Source: a virus
Lineage: Duplodnaviria; Heunggongvirae; Uroviricota; Caudoviricetes
Direction: 5' to 3' (one strand)
IMG/VR virus record: IMGVR_UViG_3300015262_000002
Coordinates: 39,828-103,827 of that record
Length of the DNA stretch: 64,000 nt
Shown: positions 46,739 through 55,599 of the stretch, one piece after another
Layout: every line of letters begins with the position of its first letter
Position numbering within the stretch: the first letter of the stretch is position 1
The notes under the pieces: model-generated
Database searches by the model: none
What the model was told of the DNA's origin: nothing
What the model saw: only the letters and a program-made list of their open reading frames with translations
Made by a program: the position numbers and the translations under genes

Positions 46739-47371
46739 ATGAGTGGTGTTTTCGTAAAGGTACAAGAACTTGGTCTTAGTACATTTTCTGTTGCAAGCGT
46801 GAATAAAGCTGTGTATGATCTGTCGTTCCCGATGAATCGTGATCACCACATGATCTTTGCTGGTAAGATTCATCGTTACAATGCAGAACAACGCAAGAAG
46901 AATCCACACCTTGAACCAAAGGGTAATGGTCCAGATGGTGGACCTGACGGAACTCCACCACAAGGTGGTACACCGGGAAGCACACGACAAAAAAGAATTT
47001 GTAAACACAATGGCAATTGCTGCATAAATAGTTTGACAATCGTACACCACAAGCGTATAATACGCACACTTGAACAAATGGAGAATAAAATGACTACTCG
47101 TAACGAACCAACTGTAGGTAACTTCTTGGTAAACGCTTCCAACTTTGTATTGGGTAAGAAAGTTACTTCCCATGAAGCACTGGTTGAAGATGCGTTGTCT
47201 GCATTTACCAAAGCTGAAACCCAAATGGGTGATGCAATCAATCAGATTCAATTGCAGATTGATGAAGAAGAGCGTTCAATTGAAGAAGCTCAAAAACGTG
47301 TACTGGCTGCTACTGGTTCCATTGGTAAGCTGGATCGTGTTCTGAAACGTGTTCAAGCCTTCACAGCTTAA
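46739..47371 (+). CDS. hypothetical protein. An internal consensus promoter (47033-47061) and the SD plus ATG at 47077/47090 suggest the C-terminal 94 aa may be expressed separately.
   Basis: One uninterrupted frame. The upstream part is Pro/Gly-rich and low-complexity. Confidence 0.4.
   Translation: MSGVFVKVQELGLSTFSVASVNKAVYDLSFPMNRDHHMIFAGKIHRYNAEQRKKNPHLEPKGNGPDGGPDGTPPQGGTPGSTRQKRICKHNGNCCINSLTIVHHKRIIRTLEQMENKMTTRNEPTVGNFLVNASNFVLGKKVTSHEALVEDALSAFTKAETQMGDAINQIQLQIDEEERSIEEAQKRVLAATGSIGKLDRVLKRVQAFTA
47033..47061 (+). promoter_or_regulatory. consensus sigma70 promoter, TTGACA-N17-TATAAT
   Basis: Hexamers were read from the sequence. Confidence 0.5.
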
Positions 47372-47382
47372 GGAGATAGTCA

Positions 47383-47583
47383 ATGCTGCAATCTGAATTT
47401 GAAGCGTTGAAAGACAGTGATAAGGTACTGTTCAATGGTGATGTTGCTTACTTCGACATTCAAAAAGGAACAGTCCTAACTCGTAAGTCGATGCGGTTAG
47501 ATGATGACTCAACTCGTGCGTTTACATACGATGGTGATTGGGATTTCTTTGGTGCTAATGAACTTGATTTGATTAAGGAATAA
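47383..47583 (+). CDS. hypothetical protein
   Basis: ORF with an SD. Confidence 0.45.
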   Translation: MLQSEFEALKDSDKVLFNGDVAYFDIQKGTVLTRKSMRLDDDSTRAFTYDGDWDFFGANELDLIKE

Positions 47584-47584
47584 C

Positions 47585-47857
47585 ATGAGCAAGAAGAATA
47601 AACTGGCAGCACCAACCATCAACCTGAAAGGTGAAGACTTCATTCATACTGTTCCAGAACATCAGAAACTTGAAGTCATCATTCATTGGAAAGGTCGTGC
47701 TAAAGGTTATAAACCTGAACATATCAACCCTGTTCACGCTTTTGCTGTACAGAACGGTAAGTTCAAAGTAATCAACCGAAATCTGTTGGATACTTGTTAT
47801 ACCTTTGATTTGAAGGAAGTGTCTAAAGTTTATCTGGTGCCAATGGGAGATGTATAA
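47585..47857 (+). CDS. hypothetical protein
   Basis: ORF. Confidence 0.45.
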   Translation: MSKKNKLAAPTINLKGEDFIHTVPEHQKLEVIIHWKGRAKGYKPEHINPVHAFAVQNGKFKVINRNLLDTCYTFDLKEVSKVYLVPMGDV

Positions 47858-48139
47858 GTGACTGTAACATTAGCTGAGAAGTTTGATAAGTTTGATACAG
47901 AGAATCCGGGCGTTTACTTCCTGTTCAAGCGATTCGCTAACGATTTGATTAACCTCGGTCGTAAGAAACTGAGTGCGGCATTGATCGTTGAACGAATTCG
48001 TTGGGAAGTTAATATCAGCACTGTGTCTGATGACGTGTTCAAACTGAGCAATAACCACACAGCGTTCTATGCACGTAAATTCATGAAAGATCATCAACAG
48101 CACGGTGATATCTTCCGTACTCGTGCACAACAAGCTTAA
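47858..48139 (+). CDS. hypothetical protein
   Basis: ORF with a GTG start. Confidence 0.4.
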   Translation: MTVTLAEKFDKFDTENPGVYFLFKRFANDLINLGRKKLSAALIVERIRWEVNISTVSDDVFKLSNNHTAFYARKFMKDHQQHGDIFRTRAQQA

Positions 48140-48149
48140 GGAGAGAAAG

Positions 48150-48299
48150 ATGAAAAAGAAATATGCATATCAAGTTGGTGGTATTGCAACAGCAACTCGT
48201 GAATCTGCTCGTATCATTCAACGTAGTTATCGTGACACAGGTGCCAACCCTGTTCCTCGTATCCTGCAAAAGATAACTCTAGAGCGTGTAGTACGATGA
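48150..48299 (+). CDS. small basic protein of 49 aa
   Basis: AAGGAGAG SD. Confidence 0.35.
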   Translation: MKKKYAYQVGGIATATRESARIIQRSYRDTGANPVPRILQKITLERVVR

Positions 48300-48601
48300 G
48301 TACTGGACTCAAGATCGAACTGAGTCGTGATCAAACTCGTTATCTTTGGCGTGAAGAAGGTTGTGAAGAGCTTGGTTTGGTTCTTCAGGAAGAGGGTGAC
48401 TGGGATGTTGATAACAAATATCAACACATGACCAACGTATACTTCCAAGAAAGTACTGGTAAGTACTTTGAACTGACAGTAAGTCGCAGTGGTAGCCCTT
48501 TCACTGATTGGTATTACAGCTTCGAAGACAGTAGTTCTGAGTTGTTTGAAGTACAACTGGTTGAAAAGAAGATTGTCAGCAAAGTATGGGAGCGTGTCTG
48601 A
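48296..48601 (+). CDS. hypothetical protein
   Basis: ORF overlapping its neighbour. Confidence 0.45.
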   Translation: MSTGLKIELSRDQTRYLWREEGCEELGLVLQEEGDWDVDNKYQHMTNVYFQESTGKYFELTVSRSGSPFTDWYYSFEDSSSELFEVQLVEKKIVSKVWERV

Positions 48602-48900
48602 TGGAGAAGTTCCTGAACGTTTCGCTTCATGTCCTAATGGTTATAATCAACACTACGTTGATGATGTTCACACTTAGTTCATTTTGGGGTTGGTTCGTTG
48701 TACCGCTTGGCGTACATTCTATTGGTATGGCTCATGCGTTCGGTCTGTCTTTGATAGTCACGTATTTCCAAGTTCGTAACCCAAAGTTCTTCAAACCAGA
48801 ACTGTTGATTAAGCGTACATTTATGCAGCGATTTGGTTACAACTTCGGTATCACCCTTATGGGTCTGTTGCTTGGTTACATCGTATCGTTGTTCATGTAA
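48586..48900 (+). CDS. membrane protein with three predicted TMDs
   Basis: Hydrophobic helices were read from the translation. Confidence 0.45.
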   Translation: MGACLMEKFLNVSLHVLMVIINTTLMMFTLSSFWGWFVVPLGVHSIGMAHAFGLSLIVTYFQVRNPKFFKPELLIKRTFMQRFGYNFGITLMGLLLGYIVSLFM

Positions 48901-48915
48901 AAGAGTCAAAAGGTA

Positions 48916-48944
48916 TTGCAAATCATTCTCAATACCTGTATAAT
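48916..48944 (+). promoter_or_regulatory. sigma70 promoter, TTGCAA-N17-TATAAT
   Basis: Hexamers were read from the sequence. Confidence 0.45.
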
Positions 48945-49039
48945 GGTAATCTTACGCTGAGTGAAGAGCGTAAGTTGCAAACAAACATATCGCTGCCTCC
49001 ATACAGCACAAATCGTATCTGCAAAAGGAAATTTAAAAC

Positions 49040-50074
49040 ATGGCTAAGAAATTCGTATTTAACGCTCAGGTTCCACAATCCAATCCAGAAACAGCTAACG
49101 TTGACTTTGATGCTCTGTCCAAGCATATAGTTGAAGCAGTTGGTTGTGCTGATAAACCAGAAGCTCTGATTGGTATTGTTTCCGGTGTTATTGACTTGGG
49201 TCTGCAAGCACAAGATGATGCCAAGATGGAATGGAAAGGTACTGATGCTGAGAAAGCTGAAGTAGAAGCAAAAGCTGCTCGTGGTGAATCGAAAGAATAC
49301 TTCGAAGTTGTTCCACATGGTCAAAACAATGTCCCAACGTTGTGCAAACGCTGGCCTGTAAAAGCACAGCGTTGCACTGCTGTCACTGTTGATTTCCCTG
49401 ACACTCTGGTTAACAAAGGTCAGTTCTTTGATGAGAATAAAGTTGGTGAAGAACTTCCATTCCGTGCTTTGTTGAACAACGAGTTCGGTCTGAAGGGTGT
49501 CGGTAAAGTAGTTGGTAAGCCGTACAGTCTGCGTGAACAACGTAATGACGATGGTACTTGGGGCTTTAAGAACAACACTATCTTGTTCAAACTGGCTCAA
49601 GCAACTAATCAACTTGATGCACAAGGCAACTTCAAACCAGCTATGTTGGGTAACTTGATTGGTGAGGCTGCAATGTTTAACGTTCATGTATATCTGAACG
49701 AACATGGTGGTAAGAACTACTTGAATGAGAAACTGGCATTTAATGGTCCAGTACCTAAAGCGATGCAGAAGATGATTCCAGTTCTGGATGAGAAACACAT
49801 GTATGTTGTCAACTTCACAGGTGAGCAAGACCTTGAAGTGCTGAAGAACCTGCGAGCTAGTGTAATCAACACCATGAAAATGGCTGAAGACTTCGAAGGT
49901 AGTGATGTACAGAAAGCACTGATCGAAATCGGTAAAGTTAAAGTTGGTGATGCAACCGGTACGAATAGTAATAGTACTCCACAAGCACAACAAGCTAAAC
50001 CAGCTACCCAACAAGCAGCTCCACAAGCTGACACAATCGACTTTGATGACTTCGATGAAAGTGTACCGTTTTAA
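49040..50074 (+). CDS. putative ssDNA-binding protein
   Basis: The acidic-aromatic C-terminal tail ...DTIDFDDFDESVPF resembles SSB DDDIPF-type tails. The gene follows its own promoter and lies in the replication region. Confidence 0.4.
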   Translation: MAKKFVFNAQVPQSNPETANVDFDALSKHIVEAVGCADKPEALIGIVSGVIDLGLQAQDDAKMEWKGTDAEKAEVEAKAARGESKEYFEVVPHGQNNVPTLCKRWPVKAQRCTAVTVDFPDTLVNKGQFFDENKVGEELPFRALLNNEFGLKGVGKVVGKPYSLREQRNDDGTWGFKNNTILFKLAQATNQLDAQGNFKPAMLGNLIGEAAMFNVHVYLNEHGGKNYLNEKLAFNGPVPKAMQKMIPVLDEKHMYVVNFTGEQDLEVLKNLRASVINTMKMAEDFEGSDVQKALIEIGKVKVGDATGTNSNSTPQAQQAKPATQQAAPQADTIDFDDFDESVPF

Positions 50075-50076
50075 TA

Positions 50077-50397
50077 TTGAAAACATGTAAGTCCTGCAAT
50101 TTAACAAAAGTGAAGGGTGAGTTTTACAATCACCCTAAAGCTTCAGACGGTAAGGACAGTTCTTGCAAACATTGCCGTAAAGATAAAGTGAATGCAAACA
50201 GGTTAGCTAAGTTGGAATATTACACAAGTGGTGATCGGATGAAAGAGATTGGACTGGTTACGTTGATCACTGAAAAAGGTGATGACATTGTACTTGAAGC
50301 ATTCACCGATATTGATAAAGCACATGAGCGACAAGTAGAGCTTTGTGAACTATCTGGTGGTGATCATTTTTACGTTCAATATGTGGAGTTGTACTAA
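50077..50397 (+). CDS. hypothetical Cys-rich protein (CKSC...CKHC)
   Basis: The Cys pattern was read from the translation. Confidence 0.4.
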   Translation: MKTCKSCNLTKVKGEFYNHPKASDGKDSSCKHCRKDKVNANRLAKLEYYTSGDRMKEIGLVTLITEKGDDIVLEAFTDIDKAHERQVELCELSGGDHFYVQYVELY

Positions 50398-50591
50398 TGG
50401 GTAAGGCAAAGATTACAATGACGTTTGAAGAAATGGTTGCTACATATGCAGCATGGTGGACTGATTATAAAGCTGACCCTGCTGCTTCTGTAGACTATGA
50501 CGCTGCTGATTATGATGACACCAACTATGCTGTTGATTCGGCTAACACGTTCATCAAGTTTCTTAACAAAGTTCAAGGAGAAGTAAAATGA
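50397..50591 (+). CDS. hypothetical protein
   Basis: ORF. Confidence 0.4.
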   Translation: MGKAKITMTFEEMVATYAAWWTDYKADPAASVDYDAADYDDTNYAVDSANTFIKFLNKVQGEVK

Positions 50592-50896
50592 GTAAAGAAG
50601 ATATTTTTGGTGAAGATGACCAACAACGTGCGGGCTTCACATTGAATGAAGATCAAGCATTTGAGCGTCTTGTTGTTCTCAATCGTCAATTGAATGTGAC
50701 CAAAGCTGATATCAAGCAGTTGCTTGCTGATGTTAAATACCATAAAGATGATAACCCAAAAGGTATTCCCGGTCCTGAAGTTAAAAAGATTGCTGCGTCT
50801 GCTGTTCGATATGCAGCATGTGACTACGAAGAAAAGAAGCTTGCACAACTTGAATTGTTCGCCAAATATGAGCAATTGACAGACTACAACGACTGA
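50588..50896 (+). CDS. hypothetical protein
   Basis: ORF. Confidence 0.45.
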   Translation: MSKEDIFGEDDQQRAGFTLNEDQAFERLVVLNRQLNVTKADIKQLLADVKYHKDDNPKGIPGPEVKKIAASAVRYAACDYEEKKLAQLELFAKYEQLTDYND

Positions 50897-50947
50897 TCGG
50901 GTTATCAGTTTAGTAGTGACAACTTGAATGTACAAATAGCCCGCCAT

Positions 50948-50978
50948 TGAGCGGGCTTTCTTGTTTGTGGAGATTGAT
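50948..50978 (+). terminator. rho-independent terminator
   Basis: AGCCCGC-cattga-GCGGGCT followed by TTCTTGTTTG. Confidence 0.6.
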
Positions 50979-50991
50979 AAAATGAAAGTGT

Positions 50992-51167
50992 ATTTGGTTG
51001 AGAACATTGAAACTGGTGAACGTCGTCGTGTTTATGGTAAAGGTACTCGTGTATTTGTTGCCAAACATCAAGCAGTTGCGAAAATCAAATATGATCGTAC
51101 ACAACGTGTAGTTGAATATGAACTGGTTCCAACCGGTCACACTATCACCAACGTAGGAGAGAAATAA
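50992..51167 (+). CDS. hypothetical protein
   Basis: ATG has a GGAGA SD. The track ORF begins inside the terminator. Confidence 0.4.
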
Positions 51168-51487
51168 TGGGTGTATGTTATGACTCAATGACTTACGTCG
51201 GTATCTATGCTGGTCACACTAAAGACGATGCTGAGCAATACTTGATCGCAAAAGGTTTGTTGAAAGCTGGTGAACTTGAAGCTGTCTATGGTGATGACAT
51301 TCAAGCAATGTCCGGCCAAGGTTTTCCATTGAATGTCCAATGTGAGAACTATTGGTCTGGTGAAGGTTGGTATGTTGGGTTTGAAACTCATCCATCTAGT
51401 TATAAAGACTTTGATGGTCTGATTGAAGAGTTCAATAAGCTTACAGGCGATATTGCTGAAGTACTCACCTTTGAACAAGTTAGCTAA
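51167..51487 (+). CDS. hypothetical protein
   Basis: ORF. Confidence 0.45.
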   Translation: MGVCYDSMTYVGIYAGHTKDDAEQYLIAKGLLKAGELEAVYGDDIQAMSGQGFPLNVQCENYWSGEGWYVGFETHPSSYKDFDGLIEEFNKLTGDIAEVLTFEQVS

Positions 51488-51497
51488 GGAGAAAGAC

Positions 51498-51668
51498 ATG
51501 AGTTATGTATTTGAAGTTGTAGAAGATGGCGTTGTTCCTGAATGGTTACAACAGGCCAAAGACGAGGGTGAAACAATCCAGATGCTTACCAACATTGGTT
51601 GGCTTACTCTTGACCCAACTTATGAGATTCAGTTCCGTAACAGTCTGACATATCGGGTGCGTCCGTAA
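51498..51668 (+). CDS. small protein of 56 aa, possibly paralogous to 56569-56742 (YVFEVVEDGV vs IYYEVVEDVGDG)
   Basis: AAGGAGAAAG SD. Confidence 0.35.
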   Translation: MSYVFEVVEDGVVPEWLQQAKDEGETIQMLTNIGWLTLDPTYEIQFRNSLTYRVRP

Positions 51669-51847
51669 TGTATAGCATTTGGTGTGAGTGGGATATTGGA
51701 GTTGAAGGTAAAATCTTTTCAGAAGTATGGGTTGCAGTAAGACATGCTCGTGCTAATTTGGAAGCCTGTAATATTGATGAGTCTTTTGAAGAACTCAAAG
51801 ATGAGGGTTTGATTGGTATTGATAAAGTTGAGGTATTTTATGAGTGA
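51668..51847 (+). CDS. small ORF of 59 aa
   Basis: TAATG overlap with the upstream gene. Not in the ORF track. Confidence 0.25.
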   Translation: MYSIWCEWDIGVEGKIFSEVWVAVRHARANLEACNIDESFEELKDEGLIGIDKVEVFYE

Positions 51848-52847
51848 ACAACCAACTCACGCTGTAGTTGACCTTGATGCATTCAAGTATTCAGCAGCAT
51901 ATGTAGGTGAGAAGAAAACAATCCGTGCAACGTTGAAAGGTGATACTAGTAAAACATTTGAGGCAAAGAGTCGTACAGCCTTCTGGGGTCATCATAAGAA
52001 GAAAGCCGGTGGTATTCTGGCTGAAGAGAATACAAAACGTGAAAGTCCATGGTTGCCTGAAGACTTTGACATTGAAGATGTTGTTGTTCCTGAGCCAATA
52101 CAGAACGTGCTACACACTGCTAAATGCATGGTTGATGACATTATTGTAGCCAGTGGTGCAAAGACTTACGAGATGTACATGGGTAAAGGTGATAGTCAGC
52201 GTGTTGAATGGAGTACCTTGCAAAAGTACAAAGGTAATCGTGACAACCTAGTTAAACCATTCCATCTTGATGAAGTTACCAACTATCTGGAACGTCGTTA
52301 TAAAGCTGATATCATTACTGATCGTGAAGCTGACGACATGTGTGTCATTCGGGCATACAAACAAGCTAATCACTTTGTGATTGGTGAGGATAAAGATTAT
52401 TGGGGTTCACCAGTTAACTACCTCGACATCAACCGTATGCATCGTGGTATTGTCAACTGTGACAAGCTTGGTACGTTGTTCAAAGATGATAAGAAGTATG
52501 TACGTGGTGAAGGTCGTATTCACTTGTACTACCAGATCATCAGCGAAGATGCTGTAGACAACTACAAAGCGAACTGCTTCAGTGATGTTGAGTGGGGAAG
52601 TGTAAGTGCCTTCAATACCCTTGTGGATTGTAAGACAGACAAAGAATGCTTTGAAGCAATGGTTCACACATTCAAACATCTGTATCCAGAACCAAAGGTT
52701 GTACAGGGTTGGCGTGGTGATGACATTGAAATTGATTGGATGTACGTCTTCCAAGAGATGTTCGACATGGCGATGATGCAGCGGACATTGGATGATCCAC
52801 GTGTAAATGTGAAAGCTGTATTGGATAAGATGGGAGTTGTCCATTGA
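51840..52847 (+). CDS. 5'-3' exonuclease / flap endonuclease (FEN, RNase H-like)
   Basis: The N-terminus reads AVVDLDAFKYSAAY, followed by the READDMCVIRAYK (F/Y-EADD) motif. Confidence 0.6.
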   Translation: MSEQPTHAVVDLDAFKYSAAYVGEKKTIRATLKGDTSKTFEAKSRTAFWGHHKKKAGGILAEENTKRESPWLPEDFDIEDVVVPEPIQNVLHTAKCMVDDIIVASGAKTYEMYMGKGDSQRVEWSTLQKYKGNRDNLVKPFHLDEVTNYLERRYKADIITDREADDMCVIRAYKQANHFVIGEDKDYWGSPVNYLDINRMHRGIVNCDKLGTLFKDDKKYVRGEGRIHLYYQIISEDAVDNYKANCFSDVEWGSVSAFNTLVDCKTDKECFEAMVHTFKHLYPEPKVVQGWRGDDIEIDWMYVFQEMFDMAMMQRTLDDPRVNVKAVLDKMGVVH

Positions 52848-53071
52848 GACATTTCGATCTTGATACTGAAGATGTACGGAATTTGATTCAAGGTAACTTC
52901 AAGTTCTTCAACTGTCTTACATGTACAGGTAAAGGATGGGTTTGGGTTGACGGTGATGCTGGTGAGGAAGTTGTTGGTCCTGACCCTTCACGCGATCCAT
53001 ATGATTACTATAAAGATGAGTGTAATGACTGCAACGGTCTTGGTGGCAAGTTACATATTGGAGAAAGATAA
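52844..53071 (+). CDS. DnaJ-type Zn-finger (CxxCxGxG) protein
   Basis: CLTCTGKG ... CNDCNGLG. Confidence 0.45.
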   Translation: MRHFDLDTEDVRNLIQGNFKFFNCLTCTGKGWVWVDGDAGEEVVGPDPSRDPYDYYKDECNDCNGLGGKLHIGER

Positions 53072-53289
53072 TGGCTAAATGGTATAGTGAATATCCTGAG
53101 TACAGTGAAATGTCTAAGGTTGACTACGACGTTCGTTGTGCAATTGAAGGTATCTTGAGTGAGCACACAACCGAGATGGAGAACTACGGTTACTTCGGTA
53201 GTAATCCCGGTGTTCCACAAGACAACTATGATAATGTTGCTGAAGACATCATGACCAAACTGAACCTGTGGGAGAAGAAAGATGCTTGA
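53071..53289 (+). CDS. hypothetical protein
   Basis: ORF. Confidence 0.4.
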   Translation: MAKWYSEYPEYSEMSKVDYDVRCAIEGILSEHTTEMENYGYFGSNPGVPQDNYDNVAEDIMTKLNLWEKKDA

Positions 53290-53461
53290 TGAAGGTCGTA
53301 AACAAGAGTTGCTTGATGAACTGACATACGATCTTGAAAAATATATCCGTAAACAGGAATTGGTTCAAGAATTCATATACAACACATGTCACACCGATGA
53401 AGAGATTACGTTCATCCAAGATTGTGAGTGGTGGGTATCTGTACAGGATGGAGGTTTATAA
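53282..53461 (+). CDS. small ORF of 59 aa
   Basis: Not in the ORF track. It overlaps its neighbours. Confidence 0.25.
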   Translation: MLDEGRKQELLDELTYDLEKYIRKQELVQEFIYNTCHTDEEITFIQDCEWWVSVQDGGL

Positions 53462-53652
53462 TGAGTAAAGTTTATGGTTATGTAATTATCAATAGTGAGA
53501 CAGGTGTACAGTGGGGTACTCAGGTTTACTCGGGTAAAGCAGGTGCTGCTAACTCTTACAACCAAGTTCATAACAGTAAATGGTTGAATAACCCGCACAA
53601 GTTTGCAGACCAGACACTATTTGTTCGTAAAGAGCTGGTACTGTCCGAATGA
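53461..53652 (+). CDS. hypothetical protein
   Basis: GGAGG SD. Confidence 0.4.
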   Translation: MSKVYGYVIINSETGVQWGTQVYSGKAGAANSYNQVHNSKWLNNPHKFADQTLFVRKELVLSE

Positions 53653-54248
53653 CGGTTCCAAGTTCTGCTGACCTAAAGAAGAGAGCTGAGAAGCTTGCAC
53701 AGTTTAATAAACGGGTTGGTACGGATGGTCGTCCAATTGAGAAGCAGGTTATCTCAGTTGTTCGATCAGCTATCCGCTCAGCATGGATGAAAAGTGATGT
53801 CAAGCTGGCGTTTATGTACGGACGTACAATCCCTGACATGGATGACACTACTCGTACTAAGTGGTTGTATAAGTGTGAGATTTGCAATAAGATGTTCAAA
53901 GAAACTGAGATTGAAGTAGACCATAAGCACGGACATCATACGTTCACCAAGCTTGAGGAATTCAATAGCTACTTCAATAACATTCTGATGGTTCGTGCTG
54001 AAGACCTTCAGATACTGTGTAAAGACATTCCGAAGAAGAAACATACCGGTTGTCATTCATACAAAACTCTGAGTGAGTCACATGGGATCACATTCAAGGA
54101 AGCTATTGCTGTGAAAAAGGCAATCGAAGTTGAAAAAACTGGAGTAAAACAAACAGTTGCGTTCCTAAACGCAAACGGGTATAATGCGTCCTCTAACAAA
54201 GAGAAGCGGCGTGAGCAGCTTATTGAACACTTTAAACGGGGGAACTAA
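53649..54248 (+). CDS. putative HNH endonuclease
   Basis: CEICNK...EVDHKHGHH...HTGCH. Confidence 0.4.
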   Translation: MTVPSSADLKKRAEKLAQFNKRVGTDGRPIEKQVISVVRSAIRSAWMKSDVKLAFMYGRTIPDMDDTTRTKWLYKCEICNKMFKETEIEVDHKHGHHTFTKLEEFNSYFNNILMVRAEDLQILCKDIPKKKHTGCHSYKTLSESHGITFKEAIAVKKAIEVEKTGVKQTVAFLNANGYNASSNKEKRREQLIEHFKRGN

Positions 54249-54249
54249 T

Positions 54250-54426
54250 ATGCTGGTAAAACTTGTAAAACTGAGCAAACATTACCCAAATGATACAACT
54301 GTAACTATCGGTAAACTTTACGCTTGTGACGATGGTGTTGATAGTTCAGGCGATGTTCAGATTATTGATGATAATGGTGAAGTTTCATTCTTGTTCAACG
54401 GTGAGTTTGAGGTAGTTGATGCTTAA
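54250..54426 (+). CDS. small protein of 58 aa
   Basis: GGGGGAA SD. Confidence 0.3.
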   Translation: MLVKLVKLSKHYPNDTTVTIGKLYACDDGVDSSGDVQIIDDNGEVSFLFNGEFEVVDA

Positions 54427-54637
54427 CGACATTCGTATTGTTTGTCTTCAACGGGATGGTACTGAAATCTTCCAAGTGTCTCGCATTCTGTACGAGGAAA
54501 ACGGTAATATCAAGTATGCTGAAAATCCTTATTCAGAATACAGTACACTTGAAGAAGCGTATTCATTCCTTGACCAGATGTTTAAAGCATCTCTCAAACC
54601 TGTATTAGTTGTTCTACCCGATGGGAGTTATGAGTGA
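54416..54637 (+). CDS. hypothetical protein
   Basis: ORF. Confidence 0.4.
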   Translation: MMLNDIRIVCLQRDGTEIFQVSRILYEENGNIKYAENPYSEYSTLEEAYSFLDQMFKASLKPVLVVLPDGSYE

Positions 54638-54774
54638 TGGCTAAGGTTGATAAAGTAGTTGTACAAATTGAGGACGATGTATTGAAGATGCTTCTTTCTA
54701 AGATCAGTGATCTTCAATTGCAAGTTCTTACCTTAACAAGTCGAATAGACGCAATGCAGGTATTCACCAATTGA
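54637..54774 (+). CDS. small ORF of 45 aa
   Basis: ATG overlaps the upstream TGA. Not in the ORF track. Confidence 0.25.
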   Translation: MAKVDKVVVQIEDDVLKMLLSKISDLQLQVLTLTSRIDAMQVFTN

Positions 54775-54861
54775 ATATTCACACTTTCATCTTTGCTAAA
54801 TATGTGATGTTGTTCACTCAGACATGTTTAGTATTCCAATACGTTATTTAAGGAGAGTTAA

Positions 54862-55077
54862 ATGAGCTTTGCTATTTATGGTGAGTCTGATTCATATGTC
54901 CACTTGGTATCGGCTCCTTATGAGTCTGAGGCGATTGCTTTGTTGTTGGAAGATATTAGTTCCGTTGATGTCCAATTGAAGAACGTATTCAATGTGTATG
55001 CAACCGAAGGACGACATGAATGCAAACGATTGGAAGATTATGTTGAGAAACTAATTGAGAGTGCAAAGAATGGCTGA
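54862..55077 (+). CDS. hypothetical protein
   Basis: AAGGAGAG SD. Confidence 0.45.
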   Translation: MSFAIYGESDSYVHLVSAPYESEAIALLLEDISSVDVQLKNVFNVYATEGRHECKRLEDYVEKLIESAKNG

Positions 55078-55240
55078 TAATAAACGAAATGCTTTGATTG
55101 ACTGTCTTGGTGAACTGAACAACGCATTGTTGTGTTTGGATGACGCGGATGAATCAGAAGATGGTGAAGATGAGTTCATTGTTTCGGTACATTGGGCAAT
55201 CAAGGATGTTCAATCAGACATTGAACGGGAACTGAAATGA
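55055..55240 (+). CDS. hypothetical acidic protein
   Basis: ORF. Confidence 0.35.
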   Translation: MRVQRMADNKRNALIDCLGELNNALLCLDDADESEDGEDEFIVSVHWAIKDVQSDIERELK

Positions 55241-55599
55241 CGTACAGTAAGATGTACATTGCTGTTCTAGATGAGGCTCCTGATTACATGGTGCCAACTC
55301 TGGTGGCTCATAGTGTCTTGAATGCACATCGGTTCTTCATGAGTGAACAAACTAGTTGGAGTCGTGAAGACGGAGAAATCTACGATGATTGGTTGGAGAA
55401 TTCATTCCGAAAGGTTGTAGTTCGTGTAAATCGTAAAGAGTATGACAAGATCAAAGATGCAATGGTTCACTGGGAAGGTCATGAGAACACCATTTGTGAT
55501 GGCAATGGCTCTTGTCTAGTTGTTCTGCCGGTTGAGTCTGATGCAGTTCCAAACGTATTAAAATTTGCCAAACTATGGGCACCAAATAAGGAGGTTTAA
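55237..55599 (+). CDS. hypothetical protein
   Basis: ORF. Confidence 0.45.
   Translation: MTYSKMYIAVLDEAPDYMVPTLVAHSVLNAHRFFMSEQTSWSREDGEIYDDWLENSFRKVVVRVNRKEYDKIKDAMVHWEGHENTICDGNGSCLVVLPVESDAVPNVLKFAKLWAPNKEV

Noticed and set aside
55237-55599. Pth2-like peptidyl-tRNA hydrolase assignment for the 120-aa protein
   Set aside because: There is only a vague resemblance to the Pth2 core, which is not enough to call.
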